Shown piece after piece: positions 25,556-35,683 of a stretch of DNA of 64,000 nucleotides. Position numbers and translations under genes: made by a program. Source of the DNA: Acidimicrobiia bacterium (lineage in GTDB: Bacteria; Actinomycetota; Acidimicrobiia; Spongiisociales; UBA5794). A model generated the notes under the pieces. It saw only the letters and a program-made list of their open reading frames with translations. It did no database searches and was not told the origin of the DNA. Position 1 is the first letter of the stretch; each line of letters opens with the position of its first letter. Location: positions 8,574 through 72,573 of the forward strand of contig DATHUV010000034.1 of the NCBI GenBank assembly GCA_035461905.1, in the 5' to 3' direction.

Positions 25556-26976
25556 GGGGTCCTCTCCAGGAGGAACTTGCTGTCGTTGAGGGGGACGTCG
25601 GTCGGATAGTCCCCGGAGAGGCATGCGGTGCAGAACGAGGCAGGGTCGGATCGGGTCGCCTCGATCAGGTTGGCGAGTTCGAGGTATGCGATCGAGTCGA
25701 CCTCGAGGTGCTCGGCGATCTCCTCGACGGAGCGTCCCGCGGCGAGCAGGGTCGCTCGGTCCCCCGTGTCCATGCCGTAGAAGCACGGCCATCGGTACGG
25801 AGGGGACGAGATACGCAGGTGGATCTCGGTTGCCCCGGCCTCTCGGACCATCGCGACGAGTTGGCGGGTGGTCGAGCCTCGAACGATGGAGTCGTCGACC
25901 AGCACGACCCGTTTCCCCGACACCACGCTGGGCATCGGGTTGAGCTTCATGCGGACCCCGCGGTCGCGCATCGACTGGGCAGGCTGGATGAACGTGCGCC
26001 CGACGTAGCGATTCTTCACCAGTCCGTCGGAGTACGGGATACCGCTCACCGCGGCGAAGCCTTGTGCTGCGGGGATCCCCGATTCGGGTACGGGCACGAC
26101 GACGTCCGCCTCGACCGGCGCCTGGGTCGCGAGCAACCTGCCCATGTTCTGGCGTTTGGTGTGGACGTTGCGGCCCAACAGTGTGGAGTCGGGGCGGGCG
26201 AAGTAGACGAACTCGAAGATGCACAGATCCGTCGTGGTCTTCGCAAACGGCTCGATGAACCTGGGGCCGTGCTCGTCGATGACCACCATCTCGCCCGGTG
26301 CGATCTCACGGACCAACTCGGCGCCGAGGATGTCGAGCGCGGCAGTCTCGGATGCGATGACCCAGCTTCCGTCGAGGGATCCGAGGCACAGCGGCCGGAA
26401 CCCGTGGGGATCACGGACGCCGACGAGGGTGCTGGTGTCCATCACGGTGAGCGTGAAGGCGCCATCGAACGTGGGGAGCACCTTGGCGAGCGCATCGGGA
26501 AGGTCGAGGTCCTCGGTCGTCATCGTGTGCGCAATGGCCTCGGTCATCAGCTCGGAGTCCGTTGTCGCTGCGACGGGCCCGAATCGCTGGGAGAGTTCCG
26601 CCGTGTTCGTCAGGTTCCCGTTGTGGGCGAGGGCGATGCCGTTTCGCCCGAGGTGGCGGAACACGGGTTGGCTGTTCTCCCAGCTGTTGGATCCGGTGGT
26701 GGAGTAGCGCGTGTGGCCGATGGCGAGGTGGCCCGGCAGTCCCGCGAGTACCGACTCGTCGAATACCTGGGCGACGAGCCCGAGGTCCTTGTACACGGTG
26801 ATGTTGTCGGTGTCACTCACCGCGATGCCTGCGCTCTCCTGTCCCCGGTGTTGGAGGGCGAAGAGGCCGAAGTAGGTCAGGCGGGCAGCTTCGATCCCGG
26901 GACCGATGATCCCGAAGACTCCGCAGGCCTCACCTGGCCTGTCGAGTACAGGATCGCCGAGTGGTTGCTCGCTCAC
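25552..26976 (-). CDS. purF: Amidophosphoribosyltransferase
   Basis: From GTG 26976: VSEQPLGDPVLDRPGEACGVFGI (catalytic Cys after the propeptide). Supporting sequence: HRGQESAGI, HTRYSTTG, and VVLVDDSIVRGST (PRPP loop). Confidence 0.92.
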   Translation of the reverse strand: MSEQPLGDPVLDRPGEACGVFGIIGPGIEAARLTYFGLFALQHRGQESAGIAVSDTDNITVYKDLGLVAQVFDESVLAGLPGHLAIGHTRYSTTGSNSWENSQPVFRHLGRNGIALAHNGNLTNTAELSQRFGPVAATTDSELMTEAIAHTMTTEDLDLPDALAKVLPTFDGAFTLTVMDTSTLVGVRDPHGFRPLCLGSLDGSWVIASETAALDILGAELVREIAPGEMVVIDEHGPRFIEPFAKTTTDLCIFEFVYFARPDSTLLGRNVHTKRQNMGRLLATQAPVEADVVVPVPESGIPAAQGFAAVSGIPYSDGLVKNRYVGRTFIQPAQSMRDRGVRMKLNPMPSVVSGKRVVLVDDSIVRGSTTRQLVAMVREAGATEIHLRISSPPYRWPCFYGMDTGDRATLLAAGRSVEEIAEHLEVDSIAYLELANLIEATRSDPASFCTACLSGDYPTDVPLNDSKFLLERTP

Positions 26977-27011
26977 GGCGGGCAGTGTACCCGCCGTGAG
27001 CCATGCCCATC

Positions 27012-27848
27012 TCAGAGTGCGATCGTCACGGCGATCGCACCGGCGATGACAGCCATCGCGATCAGGGTGCGAATCGTGCGTGCGTTCGGCTTCCCGACGG
27101 CGAACACCGACCAGAGCCAGGCGATGACAAGACCGCCGGCGAGGCCTCCCAGGTGGGCACGCCAATCGATGCCCCCGACGAGCAGGGGTAGTGCGAGGTT
27201 GATGGCGAGGAGGACGCCCAACTGGTTGAACATCGCCCGTCCACCCGGTGTCCCGCGCATCTTCCATGCCACGAAGATCCACGCACCGAACAGCCCGAAG
27301 ATTGCACCGGATGCGCCGATCGACACCTGGAGCGGCGATCCGAAGATGTACGACGCCGCACCGCCGGTACCTGCGGTTGCGATGTACAACGCGGCGAATG
27401 CGGGCCCTCCGACCTGGTACTCGAGGCGGGGACCGAACAGGTACAGGGCGTACATGTTGAACAGGATGTGCATCAGCCCACCGTGGAGGAGTGCGGCTGT
27501 GAAGATCCGATACCACTCACCCTCGGCCACGAGGAAATTGATGAGCGCGAGGTTCTCGAGGAGCCATCGGTCCAATTCCGGAGAGAGGAATCCGAGCACG
27601 AAGATGAACGTCGTGATCCCGATGATGGCGAACGACACGGGCGACGTCTGATACGACGGTCGACCGACCGTGTGCCGTGCCTGGACGACCCGCGCCCTGG
27701 CGTCGGGTTCAGCGCACTCTGGGCACTTCTGACCCACCGACGCGTCACGTGAGCACTCCACGCAGATGGGACGGCCACAGCTCGTGCACGACAGCCTCGT
27801 CGGGCGGTCGGGATGCCGGTAACAGGTGGTGGTGATGGAGTCGCTCAT
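27012..27848 (-). CDS. Rhomboid-family intramembrane serine protease with N-terminal zinc ribbon
   Basis: N-terminus CYRHPDRPTRLSCTSCGRPICVEC...CPEC. The polytopic core carries HGGLMHILFNM and the catalytic GASGAIFGLFGA, with the catalytic His in HLGGL. Confidence 0.85.
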   Translation of the reverse strand: MSDSITTTCYRHPDRPTRLSCTSCGRPICVECSRDASVGQKCPECAEPDARARVVQARHTVGRPSYQTSPVSFAIIGITTFIFVLGFLSPELDRWLLENLALINFLVAEGEWYRIFTAALLHGGLMHILFNMYALYLFGPRLEYQVGGPAFAALYIATAGTGGAASYIFGSPLQVSIGASGAIFGLFGAWIFVAWKMRGTPGGRAMFNQLGVLLAINLALPLLVGGIDWRAHLGGLAGGLVIAWLWSVFAVGKPNARTIRTLIAMAVIAGAIAVTIAL

Positions 27849-27915
27849 CGCCACGCAACGGTAACGACGTCACCGGTTTGCTTCCTCGACCCTCTTGGCG
27901 CACGGGACGATGCGC

Positions 27916-29340
27916 TCACGGGTCGGGCACCGGTGGATGCCGGAGCCACAGCATCGTTGCCTCCTGGAAGGCGTAGGCGGCGCGCAGGACGTCGACGTCG
28001 GCTTTCGGGCGGCCAACGATCTGGAGGCCGACCGGCAGGCCGTCCGGAGTGAACCCTCCCGGAACCGAGATCGCCGGGAGGCCGGTCAGGGAGATCAGAT
28101 AACAACTGGCGAACCACGACGTGTAGTTGGCCATCGGCTGGCCTGCGATCTCGGTCGGATACTCGACCGACACCGGGAACGGTGGCACCGCCGCCGTCGG
28201 GAGGGCGAGAAACCGGTGCTCGTCGAGGAACTTCACAACGCGGTTTCGGACCCTCGTTCGGGTCTCGATCGCGGCACCGACCTGCTCGGTGGTGAGTGAC
28301 AGGCCGTACTCGGTGTTCTCGTGGATGGCGGCCTTGTAGGCGTCCGGATCCCGCCGAAGAGCTTCGGCGAACTCTCGTGCGTAGACGAAACCGCGCAACA
28401 CCGTGAACGCCTCGTCGGCGTCGCGGAAGCTCGGTGCGTCGTCCGTCAAGACGAATCCGATGTCGGACAGGGTCTCTCGAGCCGGCGACAGCGCTTGGGT
28501 GACGACAGGGTCGATGGCAAGCTCCCCGAGATCCTCGGACCATGCGACGGGGACACCTGTCCAGTCCCCTGCGAGCGGCGTCGCGAACACCGACCCCGGT
28601 TGGTCGATCGAGATCGGGATCCGGGGGTCAGGCCCTGCGGTGGCCGCCATGAACAGGGCGATGTCCTCCACCGTCCGAGCGATCGGCCCGTGGACGCTGT
28701 GGTCGGCCCATACGTCCTTGGACGGCCAGGACGGGATCCTCCCGGGGGACGGGCGGAATCCGACCGTGTTGGTGAACGACGCCGGGTTCCGCAGTGAAGC
28801 GCCGTAGTCCGAACCGTCCGCAAGGGCGGCCATGCCGGTTGCGATCGCGACCGCCGCTCCGCCGGAGGATCCCCCCGGCGTGTACTCGGGATTCCACGGG
28901 TTCCTCGTTGCGCCGAACACCTCGTTGAACGTCTGGCTCCCCGCACCGTGCTGTGGTGTGTTGGTCTTGCCGAGGGTCACCGCACCGGCGCGCTGCTGAC
29001 GCTCAACGATCAGCGCGTTGCGGGTCGGCACGTACGATCGGTACACAGGCGAGCCGAACGTGGTGCGGATGCCAGCCGTCTCGTGGGTGTCCTTGTGCAC
29101 GACGGGGAGGCCGGTGAGGAGGGGGATGTCACCTCCTGAGGCGAGGGTCCGGTCGGCCTCCTCGGCCATCTCCCTCGCGATGTCAGGGACGAGGGTCACG
29201 ATCGCATTGAGCTGAGGATTGACACGCTCGATCTGGAGGAGGTGGGCGTCGAGCAATTCCGACGCGGAGATCTCGCGCCGTCGCAGCATCGCCGCGTGGT
29301 CGACAGCCCGAAGCCTCACCAGGTCGCTCATGCTCCCCAT
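27916..29340 (-). CDS. Amidase-signature family enzyme
   Basis: Amidase signature GGSSGGAAVAIATGMAALADGSDYGASLRNPA. The start is ATG 29340 or 29331; the track ORF begins at TTG 29349. Confidence 0.85.
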   Translation of the reverse strand: MGSMSDLVRLRAVDHAAMLRRREISASELLDAHLLQIERVNPQLNAIVTLVPDIAREMAEEADRTLASGGDIPLLTGLPVVHKDTHETAGIRTTFGSPVYRSYVPTRNALIVERQQRAGAVTLGKTNTPQHGAGSQTFNEVFGATRNPWNPEYTPGGSSGGAAVAIATGMAALADGSDYGASLRNPASFTNTVGFRPSPGRIPSWPSKDVWADHSVHGPIARTVEDIALFMAATAGPDPRIPISIDQPGSVFATPLAGDWTGVPVAWSEDLGELAIDPVVTQALSPARETLSDIGFVLTDDAPSFRDADEAFTVLRGFVYAREFAEALRRDPDAYKAAIHENTEYGLSLTTEQVGAAIETRTRVRNRVVKFLDEHRFLALPTAAVPPFPVSVEYPTEIAGQPMANYTSWFASCYLISLTGLPAISVPGGFTPDGLPVGLQIVGRPKADVDVLRAAYAFQEATMLWLRHPPVPDP

Positions 29341-29350
29341 CCTGCCCAAC

Positions 29351-29410
29351 CCCGTGTTCTTGCGTAACTGGGTTTCACCCAGGATGGAACCCAGTTACGC
29401 AAGAACGGGA
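29351..29410 (-). repeat. Palindromic element copy 2 (inverted orientation relative to copy 1)
   Basis: Arms GTTCTTGCGTAACTGGGTT at 29356-29374 and AACCCAGTTACGCAAGAAC at 29388-29406. The loop TCACCCAGGATGG is the reverse complement of a copy-1-like loop. It lies between the purL stop and the amidase start. Confidence 0.95.
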
Positions 29411-29427
29411 GCAGGATCGGCGGTACA

Positions 29428-31584
29428 TCATGTCATGCGGCGGGGCAGGGCGCTCGCCCAGATGTCCCTCGCGGCGCCCAGCTCGATGGATCCAGCGAAT
29501 CCGAAGTCGATCGTGGTTCCTCCGACGGTGCCAATGCGTCGATGAGGCACCTCGGTGTCGAGCTCATCGCCGTACCCGACCGCGATGAACCGGAGGGGGG
29601 TCTCATCGAACAGGTCGGGCCCGCTGACGTGGTCGATGGTGACTCCCACGTCGGACGCGATTGCGATCTCCGCGAGGGCCACGGCGAGCCCGCCCGTTGA
29701 GATGTCGTGGAGGACCGGGGTGGTGAAGGCGAGTGTGGCAGCAGCGGAGACCACGCGCCGTGCCGTCTCACCGTCGACGTCCGCGGGCCGACCCCGCAGC
29801 TCACCGTTGACGATGCGGTCATACGCGGATGCGGCGAAGTCCCCCTGCGGCTCCGGTCCGACCACCCAGATCCCCATGCCGTCGGCAGCCCGATCGAGGC
29901 GAGGCGGGTGTGACGGCCTGGGATCGCAGAACCCGAGCATCCCGACCACTGGGGCGGGGTAGATGTCCACGCCGTCGGTCTGGTTGTAGAACGAGACGTT
30001 GCCGCCAACGACGGGTACGTCGAGCTCCTCACACGCCCATGCCATGCCCTCGACGGCTTCCACGAACTGCCACATGACGCCGGGCACCTCGGGGTTGCCG
30101 AAGTTGAGATTGTCGACGAGGGCATACGGACGGGCACCCGTGACGGCGACGTTGAGGGCGGATTCGAACACGATCCTTGCGGCGCCGCGCCTCGGGTCGA
30201 GGAACGTACGGAGCGCGTCGCCGTCCGTCGACACCGCCATTGCCTTCTGTGTTCCCTTGATCCGCATGAGGGAACCGTCGTGACCCGGTTCGACCATCGT
30301 GTTGAGGAACAGCATGTGGTCGTACTGGCGCCAGATCCACGAGCGGTCGCCGATCGCAGGATCGTCGAGCAGGGTCGCCAGCGTCCAGCCCGCATCGAGG
30401 TCCTCGGGCACGACAGGAGTTCGGGCCCAGCGTTCCTCGACGTCGTCCGGCATGACCGCCGGTCGGTGGTAGATGGGGGCATCGTCCGCCAGTGACGCCG
30501 CTGGCACCTCGGCGACGAGTTCGCCCTTCGCATGCACGTTCAGGAGCGGCCCCTCGGTGATGGTGCCGATCGTCGATGCCTCGATCTCCCACTTCTCGGC
30601 GAGGGCGAGGACCTCCGCCTCGTTCTCCGGCGTGACCACGGCGAGCATGCGTTCCTGGGATTCCGACATGAGGATCTCGCCGGGGGTCATGTCGTGCTCG
30701 CGGAGATGCACCCTGTCGAGGTCGACGTCCATCCCCATGCCGCCGTTGCCTGCGACCTCAGACGTAGCGCACGAGATGCCGGCTGCCCCGAGATCCTGGA
30801 TGGCGACGACGAGGCCCCTGTCGTACAGCTCGAGGCAGGCCTCGATCAGCTTCTTCTCCTCGAACGGGTCGCCGACCTGGACGTTCGGACGCTTCTCCTC
30901 GTCCCCCTCCTCGAACGATGCCGACGCGAGGATCGATGCACCGCCGATTCCGTCGCGACCCGTTGCGTTCCCGAGGAGGATGGCGAGGTTCCCGACACCC
31001 GATGCCGCTGAGAGCACGAGCTGATCCTCCTTGAGGATCCCGAGCGCCATGACGTTGACGAGGGGGTTCTTCGAGAACCGGTCAGCGAACTCGACCTCGC
31101 CGCCGAGGGTGGGGACTCCCACGGCGTTCCCATATCCGGCGATGCCGGACACAACACCCTCGAGGAGGTACCGGTTGCGTGGGTCGTCGAGTGGGCCGAA
31201 GCGGAGCGGGTCCCACACGGCGATCGGGCGTGCGCCCATCGTGAAGATGTCGCGAAGGATGCCTCCGACGCCCGTGGCTGCACCCTGGTACGGCTCGACG
31301 AAGCTCGGGTGGTTGTGGCTCTCGATCCGCAACGCCGCAAGCCACCCATCGCCGAGATCCACGACGCCCGCGTTCTCGCCGGGCCCGACGACGACCCACG
31401 GCTGGTCGGACGAGAAGCGGCCGAGATGTGCACGGGACGACTTGTACGAGCAGTGCTCTGACCACATCACCGAGTACATGGCGAGTTCTGCGGCCATGGG
31501 TTCGCGCCCAAGGATCTCGACGACGTGCTGGTATTCGTCGTCCGTCATCCCGAGGCGAACGTGTGCTGGCGTGTCGAGTGTCAT
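29428..31584 (-). CDS. purL: Phosphoribosylformylglycinamidine synthase subunit PurL
   Basis: 718 aa: [25 protein letters not shown]. The start overlaps the purQ stop (ATGA). Confidence 0.94.
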   Translation of the reverse strand: MTLDTPAHVRLGMTDDEYQHVVEILGREPMAAELAMYSVMWSEHCSYKSSRAHLGRFSSDQPWVVVGPGENAGVVDLGDGWLAALRIESHNHPSFVEPYQGAATGVGGILRDIFTMGARPIAVWDPLRFGPLDDPRNRYLLEGVVSGIAGYGNAVGVPTLGGEVEFADRFSKNPLVNVMALGILKEDQLVLSAASGVGNLAILLGNATGRDGIGGASILASASFEEGDEEKRPNVQVGDPFEEKKLIEACLELYDRGLVVAIQDLGAAGISCATSEVAGNGGMGMDVDLDRVHLREHDMTPGEILMSESQERMLAVVTPENEAEVLALAEKWEIEASTIGTITEGPLLNVHAKGELVAEVPAASLADDAPIYHRPAVMPDDVEERWARTPVVPEDLDAGWTLATLLDDPAIGDRSWIWRQYDHMLFLNTMVEPGHDGSLMRIKGTQKAMAVSTDGDALRTFLDPRRGAARIVFESALNVAVTGARPYALVDNLNFGNPEVPGVMWQFVEAVEGMAWACEELDVPVVGGNVSFYNQTDGVDIYPAPVVGMLGFCDPRPSHPPRLDRAADGMGIWVVGPEPQGDFAASAYDRIVNGELRGRPADVDGETARRVVSAAATLAFTTPVLHDISTGGLAVALAEIAIASDVGVTIDHVSGPDLFDETPLRFIAVGYGDELDTEVPHRRIGTVGGTTIDFGFAGSIELGAARDIWASALPRRMT

Positions 31585-32273
31585 ACGAGGAGGGCTTCGG
31601 TCGAAGCCACGAAACTCTCGATGAGGATCATCCCGTCGGAGGACCCGAGGATCTCCTCCGATGCGCGCTCGGGATGTGGCATGAGCCCTGCGACGTTGCG
31701 GTTCGCGTTCGTGATGCCGGCGATCGAGTTGGTGGATCCGTTCGGGTTGGCTACGTCCGAGACGACACCAGAGCGGTCCGAGTACCTCAGGATCACGTCA
31801 CCGGCGTCCTCGATCGCGTCGATGTCGGCGGCGACGTAGTTGCCCTCGTAGGAGTTGAGCGGGATCTCGATCACCTGCCCGACGGTTGCGGCCCTGGTGA
31901 GCACGCTGTCCGTCGATTCGACGCGCATGTGGATCGGCTTGCAGACGAACTTGAGGTCCCTGTTGGCCACGAGCGCGCCGGGAAGGAGGCCTGCTTCGCA
32001 CAGGATCTGGAAGCCGTTGCAGATGCCGATCACCGGCGTAGCCGTGCCGCCGAGCTGCTCGACCGTGGCCATGATCGGGGAGAACCGGGCGATGGCCCCG
32101 GTACGCAGGTAGTCGCCGTGGGCGAACCCGCCGGGAAGCACGATGCCATCGGCACCCGAGAGGTCGGTCTCACGGTGCCACACGAGATCCGCATCGGCCC
32201 CTGCGAGGTGGAGGGCGTGGACGATGTCGTGTTCGCAGTTGGTGCCCGGGAACACTGCAACGGCGATCCTCAT
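31581..32273 (-). CDS. purQ: Phosphoribosylformylglycinamidine synthase glutaminase subunit PurQ
   Basis: From ATG 32273: [16 protein letters not shown]...[10 protein letters not shown]...GICNGFQIL...MPHPER. The start overlaps the purS stop. Confidence 0.93.
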   Translation of the reverse strand: MRIAVAVFPGTNCEHDIVHALHLAGADADLVWHRETDLSGADGIVLPGGFAHGDYLRTGAIARFSPIMATVEQLGGTATPVIGICNGFQILCEAGLLPGALVANRDLKFVCKPIHMRVESTDSVLTRAATVGQVIEIPLNSYEGNYVAADIDAIEDAGDVILRYSDRSGVVSDVANPNGSTNSIAGITNANRNVAGLMPHPERASEEILGSSDGMILIESFVASTEALLV

Positions 32274-32518
32274 GTGAGGGTCTCGATCTCGTAGCGCTCC
32301 ATGACCGGGTTCGCGAGCAGCTTGGTGCACATGGCGTCGAGGCGTTCACGTGCCTCGGCTGGATCGTCGGTGTCGATGGTCAGGGTGATGATGCGACCGA
32401 AGGACACTTCGGCGACCTCGTCGAATCCGAGATCGGTCAGCGCCTTGTGGGTCGTCGAACCCTCGGGGTCGGACAGGCCCGGCTTGCGGGTGATCGTGAC
32501 GCGGTATCTCTGGCTCAT
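32270..32518 (-). CDS. purS: Phosphoribosylformylglycinamidine synthase subunit PurS
   Basis: 82 aa: VTITRKPGLSDPEGSTTHKAL..LGF, in the canonical purS position between purC and purQ. Confidence 0.9.
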   Translation of the reverse strand: MSQRYRVTITRKPGLSDPEGSTTHKALTDLGFDEVAEVSFGRIITLTIDTDDPAEARERLDAMCTKLLANPVMERYEIETLT

Positions 32519-33405
32519 CGAGCGCCCATCGCTTCGAGGTAGCTCGAGAAGCTTGTCCCCGTGAGCGCCTCGTACGCGCTGATGTAGCGATCGGACGTCT
32601 GATCAACGACGTGATCCGGCAGGGGTGGAGCCGGCGGCGTCTTGTCCCAACCGTCCTGGGCTTCGAGCCAGTCGCGAACGGGTTGCTTGTCGAACGACGG
32701 CATGACCGCTCCCTCGGACCACTCGTCGGAGGGCCAGTAGCGCGAGCTATCGGGTGTGAGGACCTCGTCGATGAGGATGATCTCGTCGTCGACCCTGCCG
32801 AACTCGAACTTGGTGTCCGCGAGGATGATCCCCCGTGCGGCTGCGTACTCGGCGCCAGCGATGTAGATGGCGAGCGACCGCGCCCTGAGCTCCTCGTACA
32901 GGTCGTTCCCGACAAATGCTCGGGCGTCGGCTTCCGAGAGGTTCTCATCGTGTCCCGACTCCGCCTTGGTGGCGGGAGTGAAGATGGGCTCGGGGAGCTT
33001 GCTTGCCATCTGCAGGCCCGGTGGGAGGTGCTCAGTGGTCGGGCCGCCGCCGGATGCGTACTCCTTCCAGGAGGATCCGTAGAGGTAGCCGCGGATGACG
33101 CACTCCATCGGGATGACCTCGGCCGCCCTCACGAGCATTGCCCTGCCCGCATACTCGGCCTGTTCGCTAACCGAGAGGAAGTCCATCGACGACGTGTCCA
33201 CCGAGACGAGGTGGTGGGGTGTGTCGAGGATGTCGAACCAGTGGAGCGAGACGCCGGTGAGTACCTGGCCCTTGTGGGGGATGTCCTCGCCGAGCACCAC
33301 GTCGAAGGCCGAGATCCGGTCGCTTGCGACGATGAGGAGGTGGTCGTGATCGATCCTGAAGATCTCGCGGACCTTGCCCGATCCCACGTGTTCAAGTGCC
33401 GCCAC
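32515..33405 (-). CDS. purC: Phosphoribosylaminoimidazole-succinocarboxamide synthase
   Basis: 296 aa, GTG start: GSGKVREIF, SDRISAFD, ILADTKFEFG. Confidence 0.93.
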   Translation of the reverse strand: MAALEHVGSGKVREIFRIDHDHLLIVASDRISAFDVVLGEDIPHKGQVLTGVSLHWFDILDTPHHLVSVDTSSMDFLSVSEQAEYAGRAMLVRAAEVIPMECVIRGYLYGSSWKEYASGGGPTTEHLPPGLQMASKLPEPIFTPATKAESGHDENLSEADARAFVGNDLYEELRARSLAIYIAGAEYAAARGIILADTKFEFGRVDDEIILIDEVLTPDSSRYWPSDEWSEGAVMPSFDKQPVRDWLEAQDGWDKTPPAPPLPDHVVDQTSDRYISAYEALTGTSFSSYLEAMGAR

Positions 33406-33484
33406 GGGGGCGATCCTAGTGCCGGTGCCGAACCTGCCGATGTGTCCGGTGCGGTCGCCGGAACGCGATTCCTACCCTCGCCCC

Positions 33485-33880
33485 ATGGACGCTGTGCATC
33501 CTTGGGGTTCCGCGGATACACCGTTCGACGAGCTCGGCGGTGAGGGGACGATTCGCGCCATCGTCGATCGCTTCTACGACATCATCGACGCTGATGCACC
33601 GGTGCTTCGTGCCATGCTCCCCGCCAACGACTCCGTGTCGCGCGACAAGCTCTACTCCTACCTCGTCGAATGGACCGGTGGCCCTGCCCTGTACTCACCG
33701 ACGCGAGGCCACCCCCGCATGCGCGCCAGGCACCTCCCGTTCCCCATCGGAGAAGAGGAGGTCCTCACGTGGCTCGCCTGCATGGCCCGCGCCCTCGACG
33801 ATGCACGGGTCGAGGGCCCGCTGCGATCATTCCTCGACGAGCGCCTCACCTCCCTCGCCCACCACATGCGCAACCAATGA
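33485..33880 (+). CDS. glbO: Group II truncated hemoglobin (globin family)
   Basis: From ATG 33485: FDELGGEGTIRAIVDRFYD...YLVEWTGGPALYSPTRGHPRMRARHLPFPIG. It is divergent from purC. Confidence 0.8.
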   Translation: MDAVHPWGSADTPFDELGGEGTIRAIVDRFYDIIDADAPVLRAMLPANDSVSRDKLYSYLVEWTGGPALYSPTRGHPRMRARHLPFPIGEEEVLTWLACMARALDDARVEGPLRSFLDERLTSLAHHMRNQ

Positions 33881-33884
33881 TCTC

Positions 33885-33945
33885 TCCCGTTCTTGCGTAA
33901 CTGGGTTCCACCCATGCGTGAAACCCAGTTACGCAAGAACGGAGG
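33885..33945 (+). repeat. Palindromic element copy 3
   Basis: Arms at 33885-33907 and 33922-33943 (core CCGTTCTTGCGTAACTGGGTT), loop CCACCCATGCGTGA. It lies between the convergent glbO and purB genes, and the right arm contains the purB stop codon. Confidence 0.95.
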
Positions 33946-35227
33946 ACTCGAGGCGGTCGAAGACGATCGAGCTGTTGCGTAGGAAGCGGGCGGTGTCGAA
34001 GCAGGTGGCCAGCACGTCGGGGGCGAGGGTGCACTCGGGGTCGGCGGCCAGGCGGCCCTCGAGCGTCCCTCCCTCATCCCATGCGGCCATGGCGTTTTGT
34101 TGGACGATGCGGTACGCCTCGTCACGCGTCGAGCCTCCGTCGACGAGGGCGAGCAGGACGGCCTGGCTGTACACGAGGCCACGTGTCGAGTCGAGGTTCG
34201 CGGCCATGCGATCGGTGTCGACGACCAGGGTCTCGACGAGTCGGGTCATCCGCAACAGGGCATAGTGGAGCAGCGTCGTCGCGTCGGGGAGGGCGACCCG
34301 TTCGACCGATGAATGGGAGATGTCGCGCTCGTGCCACAACGCCACGTCCTCGAGTCCTGCCGATGCATATCCGCGAAGGAGCCTCGCAGCGCCCGTCAGG
34401 TTCTCGGATGCGATCGGGTTCCGCTTGTGGGGCATGGCCGACGAACCCTTCTGCCCGGATCCGAATGCCTCACGAACCTCCCCGACCTCGGACCTCTGCA
34501 GGTGGCGAATCTCGGTTGCGAACCGTTCGAGCGTCGCTCCGACAAGGGCGATCACCGACAGGAAGTGTGCATGACGGTCGCGGGCGACGACCTGAGTGGA
34601 TGCGGGCTCGATATTGAGGCCGAGCTTGTCGCAGACGTACGACTCGACGGATGGGGGAGTGTGCGCGTACGTCCCGACGGCGCCGGAGATCTTCCCGACG
34701 GCGACGTCCGTGACCGCGTCGGTGAGACGTTCGTGATCCCGTTGCACCTCGAACGCCCAGCTTGCGAGTTTCAGCCCGAACGAAGTCGGTTCCGCCCAGA
34801 TGCCATGCGTCCGGCCGATCATGGGTGTGTCTCGGAACTCGAACGCCCTGCGCTTGACGACGTCAAAGAGACCCGAGATCGCGTCGAGCAGCAGGTTGCC
34901 GGCCTCTCCGAGCAGGACACCGGTCGCCGTGTCGAGGACGTCTGAGGAGGTGAGGCCGAAGTGGATCCACTCGCCGCCCTCGCCGACCGACTCCGCCAGG
35001 AGGTCGACGAAGGCCGCAACGTCGTGGTTCGTGACCTTCTCACGCTCCTTCCACGCGACCGAATCGACCTGAGGGCTCTTGCGAGCGGCGTCTGCTGCGG
35101 AGTGGGGCGCTACCCCGAGTTCGGCCCATGCCTCGACGACCAGGATCTCGACGTCGCGCCAGACGGCGAGTTTGCGCGCCTCCGACCAGACATCGTTCAT
35201 CTCGGGCGTCGAGTACCGCTCGATCAT
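33929..35227 (-). CDS. purB: Adenylosuccinate lyase
   Basis: 432 aa: MIERYSTPEM, and GSSAMPHKRNP (fumarate-lyase signature). The last four codons (GTT CTT GCG TAA, VLA-stop) lie inside element copy 3. Confidence 0.94.
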   Translation of the reverse strand: MIERYSTPEMNDVWSEARKLAVWRDVEILVVEAWAELGVAPHSAADAARKSPQVDSVAWKEREKVTNHDVAAFVDLLAESVGEGGEWIHFGLTSSDVLDTATGVLLGEAGNLLLDAISGLFDVVKRRAFEFRDTPMIGRTHGIWAEPTSFGLKLASWAFEVQRDHERLTDAVTDVAVGKISGAVGTYAHTPPSVESYVCDKLGLNIEPASTQVVARDRHAHFLSVIALVGATLERFATEIRHLQRSEVGEVREAFGSGQKGSSAMPHKRNPIASENLTGAARLLRGYASAGLEDVALWHERDISHSSVERVALPDATTLLHYALLRMTRLVETLVVDTDRMAANLDSTRGLVYSQAVLLALVDGGSTRDEAYRIVQQNAMAAWDEGGTLEGRLAADPECTLAPDVLATCFDTARFLRNSSIVFDRLESSVLA

Positions 35228-35670
35228 GCCTTCCAGGTCTCCCGGTACTCAGCCAGCCTGCCGATGAGGTCGGGATCCGACAGGGACAGGATCGACGCGG
35301 CGAGGTACCCCGCATTCGCGGCCCCGTCGATGGCGACGGTCGCAACCGGGATGCCCGTCGGCATCTGGACGGTCGAATACAGGGCATCGACACCCCCCAT
35401 GCCACCGGCAGCGATCGGGACACCGATCACAGGGAGGGTCGAGTGGGCCGCCGCCGCGCCAGCGAGGTGGGCCGCCTTTCCGGCGCCGCACACGATGACG
35501 CCGAACCCCGCATCGCGCGCACCTGCGACGAACGACGCGACCTTCTCGGGTGTGCGATGGGCGGACATGACGTGCACCTCGTGCGCGATGCCGAAGTCGT
35601 CGAGGACATCCGCGCACGGCCGCATCTTGTCCATATCCTTCTCGGACCCCATCAGGATCGCCACCTTCAT
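35224..35670 (-). CDS. purE: Phosphoribosylaminoimidazole carboxylase catalytic/mutase subunit PurE
   Basis: From ATG 35670, with AAGGAG upstream: MKVAILMGSEKDMDKM...SAHRTPEK...GAGKAAHLAG. No purK was recognised in the window. Confidence 0.9.
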   Translation of the reverse strand: MKVAILMGSEKDMDKMRPCADVLDDFGIAHEVHVMSAHRTPEKVASFVAGARDAGFGVIVCGAGKAAHLAGAAAAHSTLPVIGVPIAAGGMGGVDALYSTVQMPTGIPVATVAIDGAANAGYLAASILSLSDPDLIGRLAEYRETWKA

Positions 35671-35683
35671 CGTCGCTCCTTTC

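Noticed and set aside
24539-26224. Very long versions of track ORFs suggesting large N-terminal extensions. Examples: 3626-4801, 6378-7682, 24539-26224, 25552-27516, 35684-37165, 36939-38624, 49699-50733, 10713-12098, 50471-51091, 54137-54745.
   Set aside because: The extensions run through the upstream gene in another frame and are low-complexity. In each case a canonical family N-terminus with a start codon (often overlapping the upstream stop) lies internally, so I used the shorter coordinates.
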